From Octopus vulgaris (Eukaryota), in the NCBI GenBank assembly GCA_951406725.2, contig OX597832.1, positions 37,758,001 to 37,822,000 on the forward strand: 64,000 nt of DNA, given 5' to 3'. Below the pieces are notes generated by a model, which did not search any database, was not told the DNA's origin, and saw only the letters and a list, made by a program, of their open reading frames with translations. This document shows, one piece after another, positions 12,731 through 27,511 of the stretch (the first letter of the stretch is position 1; every line of letters starts with the position of its first letter). The position numbers and the translations under genes were made by a program.

Positions 12731-12752
12731 ACTACTACTACTACTACTGCTG

Positions 12753-12843
<91 letters not shown>

Positions 12844-12932
12844 TGATGATGATGATGATGATGATGATAATGATAATAATAATAATAATAATGATGATGA
12901 TGATGACGATGATGATGATGATAATGATGATG

Positions 12933-12980
<48 letters not shown>

Positions 12981-13002
12981 GTAATAATAATAATAATAAT
13001 AA
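12731..13002. repeat. Trinucleotide mosaic (CTA)n-(TAA)n-(TGA)n-(TAA)n
   Basis: Directly visible. Confidence 0.95.
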
Positions 13003-13451
13003 CCTTTTCTGTTACAGGTACAAGGCCTGAAAGTTACAGGTACAAGGCCTGAAAGTTTAGCGGAATTTGAACTTAGAATGTAAAGAAGGGCGAAATGCCG
13101 CTGAGTATCCAACTGCAATGTACTCGAACAGAATAATGTTCAAAGGTTTCGACAGCGACCATTCGGTGGTTCGATCAACACAACTACCTAAACGATACTT
13201 AACATTTAATCACTGGCCGAGTATTCTCCAAACACATATCTCATTAATGCAAATTCTCATTTAGTAGAATCTTGGAAGAAATTACAAGTTGGCTTCTGGT
13301 ACAACCAGTTGACCTCTGCCCAATTTCCTTCGCTAAAATTGGGTACTTTTCAGACTAGAACTGAAAAAAGAACAAAAATACAGAAAAACCTATTTAAACG
13401 CAGCGGGATGGAACTCACAAGGTCAATATTGTAAAAGTAGATATGAACTGG

Positions 13452-13700
13452 AGGGGGTATCTGGCTTATTGGTTATGGAGTTGCACTCATAATAATCATA
13501 AGATTGTGATTTCGATTCCTGGACCGGGCGACGCGTTGTGTTCTTGAGCAAAACACTTAATTTCACATTGCTCTAGTTCACTCAGCTGCCAATAATGAGT
13601 AAACCTGAGACAGACTGGCGTCCCATCCAGGGGAATGGGAGTATACAAACCACAGAAACCGGAAAACCGGTCTTATGAGTCTATTCCGCGGGAAAGATCA
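13452..13700 (+). mobile_element. SINE family F (tRNA head plus V-domain-like GACTGGCGTCCCATCCAGGGG core)
   Basis: TGGCTTATTGGTTA A box, TTTCGATTCC B box, GTGTTCTTGAGCAAAACACTT, then GACTGGCGTCCCATCCAGGGG..CAGAAACCGG. Confidence 0.7.
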
Positions 13701-14355
13701 TTAAATACTAAACAACCTGTCTATATAGACGCTTCTCTTTTCCTTTTAGGCATGTGCAAAAATCCATCGATTTTAGAGAATGGTGCAGTCAATTATATCG
13801 ATTCACGGCCTTGATTGGAACTTATCTTTTATAGAACTCAGAACTATGAAAGGCGAAGTGAAACCACAAAGTAGGTTTTAATTTGATAAAGAGAGTAAAA
13901 GGAGATACGTAAGCATCAACAACTGATGTATTCGTCACTCTACCGGGAAGTATATGTGCGGTAGTCTAGCTACCAGTTCATGGGGATAATTACTCCGTCT
14001 TAGACGGCAGAAAGCAAAGACATAATATCGAGAAAAGTATTTCTAATGGAATACTTTTAAATTTGTCTTCAAGATTCTGTGTCTAGTCAGAAATAGAAAG
14101 AGCTGGAAGACATAATTATTTTTTTATGAGTGCGATTGTCATAATGTTATGTATTGTACCGCTGTATCTGCGTGTGTGTGTGTATGTGTGTGTGTGTGTG
14201 TATATGTGTGTCATAGTGTATGTGCATGCGTGTGTGTATGTGTGTTATTTTATTTTTAAATTTTCATTAAAATCTTACGCCATTTTATATGACGATAGAA
14301 ACATCCTTCGGGGAGATTTCCTCCAACGTTACGCTTACACTCGCACACACACACA

Positions 14356-14397
<42 letters not shown>

Positions 14398-14918
14398 TGT
14401 ATATGTCTGTATGAATCTGATTATATCGATGTATGTATGCATTAAAACACACATATGTATGCATATAGCTGTGTGTGTGTGTGTGTGTGTGTGTGTTGCG
14501 TGAGTGTTCTATTGTTAAGATGTTACCAGATTCCTTCTTGTACACACACAGACGTCGATTGGTTAGACAGACTTTGCTTTTTAATACGATTTATACTTAT
14601 ATGCATAAACATATGCACACGCACACACTCACATACATACTCGCATATATACATACGCATGCACACACACACATGTATATACACACACACACACACACAC
14701 ATATATGTATACATGAATATATATGTATATGTGTGCATATGTATGTGTACACATATTTATTTAGATACCCGCGCACATACGCAAACACATATACACATAC
14801 GTAAGGACACACATATACATACATACATATGCACACACACACACACACAAATATACATATATATCAACGCAGACAGACAGACAGGCATACATTCCTACCG
14901 CCAACACCACCATAACAT

Positions 14919-14963
<45 letters not shown>

Positions 14964-15139
14964 CGCCACCACCACCACCACCACCACCACCGCCACCATC
15001 ACCACCACCACCACTACCACCACCACCACCACCACCACCACCAACATGCTATTGGTTATGATAATATTGTAATATAGACTTCATATTTACCACGTGAACT
15101 ACGATGAAAATAATATGAGAAAGATATGGTGTATAATTT

Positions 15140-15214
15140 TTTTGTGCAGGGTTCCTTGAGACATGTAATTTATTTTAAGGGTTACGTAAGGGTAAAAAGG
15201 GTTGAGAAACACTG
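15140..15214. mobile_element. Right end of a hAT-type MITE
   Basis: AAAAAGGGTTGAGAAACACTG terminus followed by GTGTAGAT (Charlie-like target); left end not found. Confidence 0.55.
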
Positions 15215-15719
15215 GTGTAGATGCATGCAGGGAGGGAAGCATTTCTTCAGTTTATTTCTACCACTGACCCCCACTTTTCAGTAAATTTACTGGAAACAAC
15301 ACCTCCCTCAACACCCTCAACATATTCTGCAAGTACAACCTGAAGAAATTCATAAGAACCTGGCTATGCAAGAAAATCTCTGTCTTTGGTCCATTTAGTA
15401 ATGTCCGCTTTGGTTACCGCACAAAGGAAACCGCGTTTGACCAGAAGTGTGACTCTTGCAATGAACTTGGTTGATGACCAGATCAGCCCAACATGTTACA
15501 ACAGATGTTTGACTTAACTTCAGGTATCTGCGATGATTGATTCCCAACAAAATGTGTGCAAGAACGGTTTCGTTGCCCGATAGTCATCTGAGAGAGACGG
15601 CGGCTGTCTCAGATGATGACTATCGACTTTATTCGAAACGGGAACGACCCCCAGGGGTACAGATCACGATGGAACTTGACCACAGATTACGGATTAAATT
15701 GACAATGCCGGCAACAGCA

Positions 15720-16073
15720 GTGGAGGCACAATGGCCCAGTGGTTAGGGCAGTGGACTCGCGGTCGGAGGATCGCGGTTTCGATTCCCAGACCGGGCGTTG
15801 TGTGTGTTTATTGAGCGAAAACACCTAAAGCTCCACGAGGCTCCGGCAGGGGGTGGTGGCGACCCCTGTTGTACTCTTTCGCTCCAACTTTCTCTCACTC
15901 TTTCTTCCTGTTTCTTGTCCCCGACTTCCTACGCAACCGCTGAGCCTGGATGCGCATTCATCCATCTGTCGATGCTCTCGGTGTCGGGGGTTGACCTGCT
16001 TTCTCTTCTGCAGGTCTTACGAATAGCAAAGGACCACGTTTCGGACTTCTCCCAAACGCTCAACAAACAAACA
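15720..16073 (+). mobile_element. SINE family E (tRNA head, (AAAC)n tail)
   Basis: TGGCCCAGTGGTTAGGGCAGTGGAC..GGTTTCGATTCCC with strong A/B boxes; ends in CAACAAACAAACAA. Confidence 0.8.
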
Positions 16074-16079
16074 AGCAGC

Positions 16080-16292
16080 AGCAGCAGCGGCGGCGGCGGC
16101 GGTGGTAGTGATAGTGGTCATGGCCATGATACTGATGATGATGATGACGAATACGACGACAATGATGATAATTATTATGAAGACGATGTGGATGATAACA
16201 ATGATGATGACGACGTCGATTATGATGATGATGATGATGATGATGACAACGAGGACAACGATGATGAGGATGACGACGACTATGATGATGGT
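16080..16292. repeat. Trinucleotide mosaic (GCA/GGC/GAT/GAC)n
   Basis: Directly visible; source of the spurious poly-Asp ORF. Confidence 0.9.
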
Positions 16293-16844
16293 TGGCGGTG
16301 ATTCCAACACGAGAGGTATCTCTGTAGTAGAGAACATCTCACCTCGCGCACTAGCGGCTCTTTGCCACCACCGTCGATCGCTTGGCTCACAATAATTAAA
16401 ACGCATAGAAAACATCTGTATATCTTTTTGGAGTCTATCAAATATTAATTAAGGTAAAGGAAAGTCTGCTGAGAACAAAGGTATGTAAATAAAACATATC
16501 AGGTGTAAATCTAGCTAGATAGATGTTTAAAAACCTGGAAAGATAGACAGGTAGATTGATAATTAGATAGACAGTCATGTAAATAAGTTAGGTAGGTGGT
16601 TAGAGAGATGGTGAGAATGAGAGAGACAGAGAGGGAGACAGACAGAAAGAAAGAGAGAGAATGAGAAAGAGAGAAAAAGAGAAAGAGAGAAAAAGAGAGA
16701 GAAAGGGAGAGAAAGACACATAAGTAGGTATAGTGGTAGGTAGATAGGTAAGTGGGTAGGATAGACAGATAGCACACTATGTGTGTGAGTGTGTGTCCAC
16801 ATACAATCACACACTCACTCACTCTTTCTCTCTCACGCACGTAC

Positions 16845-16912
<68 letters not shown>

Positions 16913-16922
16913 ATAGATAGAG

Positions 16923-16990
<68 letters not shown>

Positions 16991-17015
16991 GGATGGATTG
17001 ATAGATAGATAGATA
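16845..17015. repeat. (GATA)n microsatellite
   Basis: Directly visible. Confidence 0.95.
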
Positions 17016-17286
17016 CGTAGACAGACAGCAAACGATAAGAGAAAAAGGTAGGATAGAGACAAACAGCTAAATAGATTACCACATGTGTATATATTATTGT
17101 GCGTGTGCGCACATGTAGTGAGGTCTATGTATGCCTATCTTAGACACTAGGAATGCTATCTATCTATCTGTCTATCTATCGGTCCGGGTAGCTGTTTAAG
17201 GGTCTATATATCAGACTGTCAGTCCCTATTTCATACATGTGTGTGAGTGCCAATGCATTCGAGGGAGAGTTGTACCAAGTAACATG

Positions 17287-17333
<47 letters not shown>

Positions 17334-17487
17334 GCGTGTGCGTGTGTATGTATTATGTATATATATATATATATGTATATATGGATAAAACTTACTTGGA
17401 AGAGGATGCGTGGTGTTCAACCATATAATAATATAAATAATATATATATATTATTTATATTATATACACACACAGCACACAGACACA

Positions 17488-17574
<87 letters not shown>

Positions 17575-17640
17575 TTTATTTAAAGCAGCAGAAAATTCAA
17601 CAAAACCTATTACTCTGAGTTCCCCTTTGCCGTTCATAAA

Positions 17641-17737
17641 TAAAGTGTCTTGCTCAAGAACACAACATACAGTCTGATCTGGGGATTGAACTCGCTACCT
17701 CATGATTGTGAGCCCGACGCTTTAACCATTGAGTCAT
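17641..17737 (-). mobile_element. SINE family D head fragment
   Basis: Reverse complement TGACTCAATGGTTAAAGCGTCGGGCTCACAATCATGAGGTAGCGAGTTCAATCCCC, matching the head at 57385. Confidence 0.75.
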
Positions 17738-17749
17738 TAGACGTCACGT

Positions 17750-17795
<46 letters not shown>

Positions 17796-17873
17796 AAAAT
17801 ATATACCTATGTGCATGAGTATCACTAAAATATATGAATAAATAAATATAAATATATTGTGTATGCGTGTAAC

Positions 17874-17935
<62 letters not shown>

Positions 17936-18270
17936 TGTATATACATATATACATATGCACACATATGTATATATTCATATATACACACATATAGATACAT
18001 ATATTTCTTTATACGTATGTAAATAAAGGAAGGTAATTCTCTGCAAATCAGCCAAGCTATGTGAAATAAAAGAGACAATGGTGTGTTCAGAGAACTTCGG
18101 TTGCAATATGAATGTGGAATAATCGGAGAGACTTCTTTACAATGTCTGCTTTGGCAATTATTTCCACGTCTAGAATCAATATTTCCTGTACAGTGTTGGA
18201 GAGATATCAAAATATATGTCATAATTAATATTCAGTCTCACTGAGCCGTACATTAGCATACAAACACACG

Positions 18271-18357
<87 letters not shown>

Positions 18358-18374
18358 ACACTCTCTCTCTGACT

Positions 18375-18420
<46 letters not shown>

Positions 18421-18528
18421 CATGTATCTATGTATCTATATATATACGTATATATATATTTATAATGCCAGTGCAGTGTTCGAAAGGACAGGCGTAATCA
18501 TTCTGTATACAAACGCATGCCTCAAGAC

Positions 18529-18572
<44 letters not shown>

Positions 18573-19079
18573 TTACATATGATCAGACAAAACATATACT
18601 TAGAGCAAATAACGCATTGACACAAATACATACACACATACACACTTATACATGCATGTGTTTCAGAATATACACATACATAAATGAAAGTACATTTTGT
18701 GTATTTATAGAGGGTATCTTGTGCTTGGTTTTATATATATATATATATATATATAAATGCATATGTGCATGAGTATAACTGAAATATATACTCATATATA
18801 GTAGGCTTTATTCATCATCCTTTAAATATTAAGAGGATCTTACAGATCTTTATAGTCCCAGAACCCACGATACACTTTTAGCTTCATATCTGTTTTTATT
18901 GGAGATAGTAATAGATGTGAAGTTGAAAGTGTAACTTAGTTACTAAATTTGCAATAAAGATCTTCTTTCGGTAGAGGTCTTCTTACCCTAGTATTTTCCC
19001 GACTACATTGCTGTCCAGAATACAACTGATTTCCATAACGGTTTTCCTTCCTGTCCCACACTACGATACCTGGCCTGTT

Positions 19080-19426
19080 GTGTTTGCTGTTGTGGTGGGT
19101 GTTTAAATTTTAAAATATTCTTTCGACCCATCAGTCTCAATATAATCAACTCCTTTATGTGTTTGCTTTTATGATTCTATATAAACGAAGATATTTCCTT
19201 CGTTTTGCTGCTTTTCTTTCTACGAAAAGAGAAGGTATATTGCGGAACTGTTATTTTAACGAGTTGTATCTAGTTATCACCCGATGAGGCACATCTACAC
19301 CGCTGGATGCTTCTGAACCAGTTGTTAAGTATCCCAACCGTGAAGGATCGATGCTAGGTGAGTCGAAACAACTGTCGTGTTTAATAATAAAAATTTTCTT
19401 ATATTCCATCTTCCGTCTTTCATTCA

Positions 19427-19430
<4 letters not shown>
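19080..19430 (+). mobile_element. Penelope-like terminal remnant with a degenerate hammerhead-like core
   Basis: CAC-CCGATGAG...GTC-GAAAC-AACT-GTC-GTG (19278-19379), followed by AATAAA and (TA)n. Confidence 0.45.
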
Positions 19431-19523
<93 letters not shown>

Positions 19524-19540
19524 TATGTATTATGTATGTC

Positions 19541-19601
<61 letters not shown>

Positions 19602-19626
19602 ATGTATGTATGTATGTATGTCACCC

Positions 19627-19714
<88 letters not shown>

Positions 19715-20899
19715 TGTATGTATGTATATATATATGTATATATATATATATGTGTGTGTGTGTGTAGATATATATATACACACGCATATATATATATACA
19801 TACATACAAATATTACATTATATTCGTGTGTAAGTATGTGTATGTGGGAGTATGTATACGGACAAGAAAAGTATAGATTGGAAGCAAGCAATCATAAAGA
19901 GTGCATGTAGCAGGATTTGTCTATTTAATTGTCTAGAAGGTGTCAGTATATTTTCTTTTCTATGCTGAACAAGTGCTTGCCTTAAAATAGAAGAAATTTT
20001 AAATATTTCTCATATTTACACGCACCTAAAAATACTTCATTTTATCGCCAGATAATTGATCAATATATATATATCACAGAAATATTGTATTACCGTCTTC
20101 TAGTTGATTAAATCGATAAATTCCAGCATATTGTTTATATTTGTTCCTTAGCTTTATCTGTCTCCCAAATAAAAGGAAAAAGCTAAACATTTCTTTAAAA
20201 TCTATATCGCCGATGGCCAAATTATGTAGAAATATCGATAGGTTTAAAATATATATGATTTATTTTCAATGTAATGTACAGTAATCTTTATGTTCTTAAA
20301 GTATTCTTCGATTCACATTCGAAAATACGATACATCTTAATACATTCTAGCAACAGAAAAGAAGATGTTATTACAATTATGTCTTGCCGGGACGAAGAGA
20401 GAATAATTGGTTTCTCAGCACAGGTAAAAATAAACTTAGATCTACGGCAGAATAAACACCTACGAATTTGTTTAGAGCATCTTGTGTCTTGTCTCTGGAC
20501 GTTGACATGCCTTTAGACGTGTGCTTTCCGTATATATTTTCTACAAATCCCTTTCAGATAGTGTAGATTCTGATTATTTAGGAAATTTGCTGGGAAAATG
20601 TTTTTAGTGATGGAGCAGACGAGTTTCGGATAATTCACAAGCGTGGACTTTGTTTCCTCATAACGTTCAAATAAATGAATATTTTTTTTCACTAAATTTT
20701 CTACAAATATATTTCAGATGATGTAAATTACATTTATATAGAAACTTAATGCATAAAATGGCAGGCGCACACACGACACGTGTTTAAAAGAGATGCCGTT
20801 AAAATAAGTGATTATCTAAGCAAGTGTTGTTTAGATGTCATTCACGCATCAGTTAACTGTATAACCGCTAAATATCAAATTACAATAAAAGAAAGAAAT

Positions 20900-20946
<47 letters not shown>

Positions 20947-22320
20947 GATCTATCAGTCAGAGAGAAAAGAAAAAGAGGAAAGGAATGGAAAAAGTACCTG
21001 TGATATTACGTATATTGAAAATTAAAATAAAAATTAGAATAAGAATGAGAATGTATGGAAGTCAATGTCTAAATATATAATGTGGAATTGGAAGAGGATA
21101 AAACAAGGGAAAAGTTTATGGAAAACAGATTTAAAAGCAGGCAAAGAAAGAAAAGGAATTTGTTTGAAAAATATCGTTAAATGCCATAAAGCGGGAATAA
21201 TGAGTGTACAGGTTAACCATTTAATCCCTTTTTATGGCATTCAAATTGAAATAAATTGAAAATATCAAAATACATTATTTAAATTTTCCAATGAAAGAAA
21301 ACGGTTTATGGGTGGAAAAGATGGTGGCGATGACCGGATTGCACAAAGAATTGAAAGGGGCTAATCGTTGCTGGGATAGAAAATTACAAAGGTAACATTA
21401 GGAAGTATACACATTCTAAAAGGCTCTGTTTTGGGAAAGTGGTCAGGCTCGATTCAGGTGTACCTGAACAAACTTGTTGAAAATTTCTAGATACCTGAAT
21501 AAATTGTTATACTAGTAAAACCGTAAATTGAGATTGTTTTCAATTTATCCGGAGTAAGATCTGAATTCAGGGCTATTGTCTATCTTTGCATAATGACCCA
21601 AACTATTATAGCGTATAAACATAGTTCCTATTGCTTAAACTATGATAAACTCTGATAATATAAACTACTCAGTCCATGTGGCTGTAAGTAAGTGCCATGG
21701 TGTGGAGTAAGTAATTGTGCTACGTTCAGAGTTAATATAGTGAACCGTCAAAAGTAAAGTTCACCCAGCTACAAGTAGTTAGTCGTCTCAACATAGCATA
21801 ATTCCCTGTACTGTCGGCATTGAATTGACATAAAAGTTGGAATGAATAGTCACCGGCTAGTAGGCTTGAGTAAGGCTCACTAGCTTAATAAGAAAATCTG
21901 CAATAGACCAATAGCATAACCAGAAAATCTATTTCTCTATAATCAAATAATCACAGACTGTACGAATCTTCGTGGTGCAAAACAAAAAAAAAATTATCTA
22001 TACATAGATATATATTATATGTACACACACATACATATGCATGGACATACACACTCAGACACACAATATTCACATATTTGTATTATTTTGAGGGGGAAAT
22101 CCACGAAGTGCTTATAACTGTGGCAGTCAACCGGCTTCTTTCGTATTACTTTCAAATTTTATGCGTCTGAAGTTAGTAGCCTTGATCATCAATGAGACTG
22201 AAGTTAATAAATATTTCGAAATCACTCCGAGCAAATCTCAACCTCACAAAACCTCTAGGCGTGAGGAAATATTCCGTTTTACAAACACACAATATCATAT
22301 ATATATATATATATATATAT

Positions 22321-22464
22321 ATCAAAATAAGCAACAAGTATATCCGAGGTAATGTGGTACGATCGTTTCATGCTACTTCATTTTATTAAACACTGTAAGT
22401 ATTACGAAGTAGCATGAAACGATCGTACCACATTACCTCGGACATACTTGTTGCGTATTTTGAT
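22321..22464. repeat. 59-bp inverted repeat (2 mismatches, 26-nt spacer)
   Basis: 22321-22379 is the reverse complement of 22406-22464. Confidence 0.95.
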
Positions 22465-22560
22465 TGTAATCACCCCATGGATTTATATGGATAATTGCAT
22501 ACAAAATTCTGGTGCCTTTGACTTAAGTACCATATTCATCTGAATCTAAATTTTGCTGAA

Positions 22561-22605
<45 letters not shown>

Positions 22606-23075
22606 GCACATATGCACGCACACTCACACACACACATATACATGTCTATGTAGGTAAACACATGTGCGTATTCCTGTTTGTGCGAGTATATATGTAGGGA
22701 GACTCTGTATATAGATCATACTGTATGCCACTAAGAAATATCGACGCAAAAACACTGATAAACATTTAAGGGGGAAAAAAACATGAATTACTGGTAAAAT
22801 AGGTAAATATGAAATGTCACTTACTAATAGGTTCATGGCAATAATGTTGACATTGTTGGTGATGAGATCTCATACAGCTTGGCATCCTCATCTTGGTAAG
22901 AGAAACAGAAAATAAAAAGGTTAGGGTCCATGTGAATTGATACTGTCAAAAACACACACATACAAACATGAATATATAAAAGTTCGCATTACGCAGAACT
23001 TATGTAAATGCATTTATCTGTGTGTGTGTGTTCGTATGCACACACACATATATGTAACAAATGTATATCTACATA

Positions 23076-23129
<54 letters not shown>

Positions 23130-23437
23130 TATGCATATATATGCATATATAAATATACAAATATCATTGCTGTTGCTGTTGCTGCTGTTATTATTATTAT
23201 ACACATGCATAAGCTTGAGGTCCCATAACAAACAGATTTCCCAAGAGAGATTATCATTTCTTCTTAATATTTGGTGGAATTAAATCTTTGAAATTGACTT
23301 TTGAAGAAATAAGGAAAAAGATGTGATGAACTCACCACTCAGTGGTAGATATATACATCACTATTTCATTCTTTTTAGAAATTGTCAGCATGATATGATC
23401 CGAGGTTTATTAATCAAACACTATAACACTATAAATG

Positions 23438-23497
<60 letters not shown>

Positions 23498-23648
23498 TGT
23501 ATGTATGTATATAGACACACACACACACACAGAGGAGAGAGAGAGGTCGACAGACTTATAGATATGTATATATATAATATTATAATGATGTTGCAATTGT
23601 AACGGTTACTAATCGATGCAGCAGAAACATATGTAGGTCTATTTGAAG

Positions 23649-23702
<54 letters not shown>

Positions 23703-23758
23703 GGAATTAAAGATAGTGCTAATGCTACTTCGTAATAATCCTTATTATCATTATTATT

Positions 23759-24465
<707 letters not shown>

Positions 24466-25028
24466 CAGGAATATAGATATGGAGGATGTGTCTTGGGGAG
24501 TGAATGTATTATAAGAATATATAGATTATGTTATACATAAGAAAATATATTACTTATGCATACGCTTGTGTGTGTGTGTGTGTGCGTATGTGTGAGTGCG
24601 CGTACATATATACATATATATATATAGACGTATAGATATATAGTTGCTTTATGCATACTCCCTCCATACATGGACATGTAGACAATAGATTAAATTGTAT
24701 TTAATTTTAGTCGAATCGTTGTAGCTACGTCCGTGGCATGTATATGTCCCTATATACATATATAGCCGTACGCATTTCTTACTGACATACCCAAACATGC
24801 ACACAAACATCATACCAAACATATACACACATATACATATGTATTCATTAATAGATAAATAACCAGACACATCTGTGCGTTCGCGCGTAAGCATGCACAT
24901 GTGATTGTGTGTATTTCACTGTATGCAAATTATTTATGGACATCATTAATAGCATGAATAAATATGAACACGGATGTGTATATATATGTGTGTGTGTGTT
25001 TGTGTGTCTATTCATGTATGTATGTATA

Positions 25029-25094
<66 letters not shown>

Positions 25095-25707
25095 TATATA
25101 TATATATACATATGCAGCTATGTGTGAAGGTAGGTGGGTTTGAATGCATATATGGAGCTAGGTAAGTTTGTCTGGATATTGTGTATTAAATTCTGAGTGG
25201 CTGATGAATATTTATAAGTACATCTATCAAGAAGACAAGAGCCAGTCGCTGACTGACTGACAACGCTTCCTTACGCTTCTTTTGTTAAATATCAGACAAT
25301 AATGCAACCATACAACGATTGAATTTGATTGTGGACGTTGCTGAAATTTCGGTAAATTCTTGAAAATGTTCGTCTTTCTACTGGAAACTAGTCTAATGGA
25401 TTGATTTATCACGTGCCTTTAATCACACACATTTATTTATAATTGTATATATATATACTCATACATATACATACATTGATACCTTCACACGTAGAATACA
25501 TGAGCATACTTCTACGTACTGATAATTCGCAGGGATAATCTGTTGCGGAATAGTAAAGATATGCAAAACTTTTCCAAAGTTTAATATAATCTTCACCATT
25601 GCTTTACATTAACTCTATTAACGGAATTTTCGTTTCCTTTTGCGAACCAAATTCTTAGTAAGAATTTAGTAAGAATTTATCTAACCCAATAAGAATGTTA
25701 GACTGTA

Positions 25708-25846
<139 letters not shown>

Positions 25847-26410
25847 CGGTCGATCGATCGATCAATCGAGTGATCTATCTATCCCACGGAGTCTGGGAAA
25901 CCGTCCTTAAGAGCCTTTTTAATTGGGAAGGACTGCTCTCTCCCTCTCTTTATCTCTATCTCTGTGCGTGCGCTTGAACATATAGATAGATAGATAAATA
26001 GACTGTGAGAAAGAGAGAGTGAAGGGGAAGAGAGATCAAATTTTATACAAAGTTAGACTATGATATATCTCAAGCCATGTCATAGATTGCAGCGCACTCT
26101 GTTTTGATATTCCAGCAACGCATCATTAAAGAAATTCTTCGGCTATCAGCTACCCAAAATAGACAATTTATTTTACAAACAAGAAAGGAATCTTCAAGTC
26201 ATCCGGGTTACGGTATATGCATCCCACATCAAACTATCTGAATTTTCCTCATCTCAAAAGGCATTTTACCAAGTGATTTATAAGTATTATGTATAGTTCG
26301 ATTTGCATTCCAGATACCTTGGAAAAATTACAGACGTGTACATTCGAACGTGGAAAGACCTTTCGCTGCGGAAAGTTTTCCAGAAAAATTGTCCACATAA
26401 ACAATATGTA

Positions 26411-26468
<58 letters not shown>

Positions 26469-26892
26469 CGTGTACGCGTGTGTGTCTGGTTGTGTGTATG
26501 TCTGTCTGTGTGTATGTATATATATTATAAATATATACAGTTTGCAATAGTAAGATGTACTATACGAATACTGAATGCGTCTTCAAGAAGAATTACATTT
26601 ATATAAATATGTACATGCATACAGATGAAGGCGTGTGTTTCTGTGGAAAGATAAGAAAAAAGAGAATGAAGAAAAAAAACGGATCCTAGGAGAGAAAAAC
26701 GAAAGAAGCAAAGAAAGGGAAAACTAAAAAGAAATGAGAGAATAAGAAATTTTAGATCTTATTTGCAGAAATATATCAAAGTGAACCACGTAGATCATGT
26801 TGAATTATATGTCAAATCAGCAAAAAGAAACAAGCAGAGAAAAACAGCGGCCTTTGAAAGGGTGACAGAATAGAAGCAATGATAGGAACTGA

Positions 26893-26989
<97 letters not shown>

Positions 26990-27028
26990 TCTATATATAT
27001 ATGTATATGTCTCACTCGCTCTCTTACT

Positions 27029-27092
<64 letters not shown>

Positions 27093-27245
27093 AATGATGA
27101 TCATGATTAATTATCAACGTACGAAAAAATGGCGTAGTTTATCTCGCTTTCATTTCTGTTTATTATAGTCATAGATAGATTATTATTTTAACAATAAGTT
27201 AATGTAATGCCTGTACATGTATGTATGTATGTATATAGATGAGTA

Positions 27246-27289
27246 TGTGTGTGTGTATGTATGTGCGTGTCTATGTGTGTATTTATAGA

Positions 27290-27324
<35 letters not shown>

Positions 27325-27424
27325 ACACTCAATACACACATACATACGCGTGTCTTTCAGACTATATTATATTCAAGTGTATGTAAATAATCATATTCAT
27401 CTATAAATACACACATAGACACGC

Positions 27425-27443
<19 letters not shown>
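27246..27443. repeat. ~50-bp inverted repeat in microsatellite context
   Basis: TGTATGTATGTGCGTGTCTATGTGTGTATTTATAGATGAATAT (ending 27296) is inverted at 27393-27443. Confidence 0.85.

Positions 27444-27511
<68 letters not shown>

Noticed and set aside
13011-13054. 22-bp tandem duplication GTTACAGGTACAAGGCCTGAAA
   Set aside because: Local slippage within a decayed family B SINE tail; unremarkable.
15798-16301. 167-aa ORF with an acidic Asp-rich tail
   Set aside because: The N-terminal half is SINE family E and the tail is a (GAT/GAC)n repeat.
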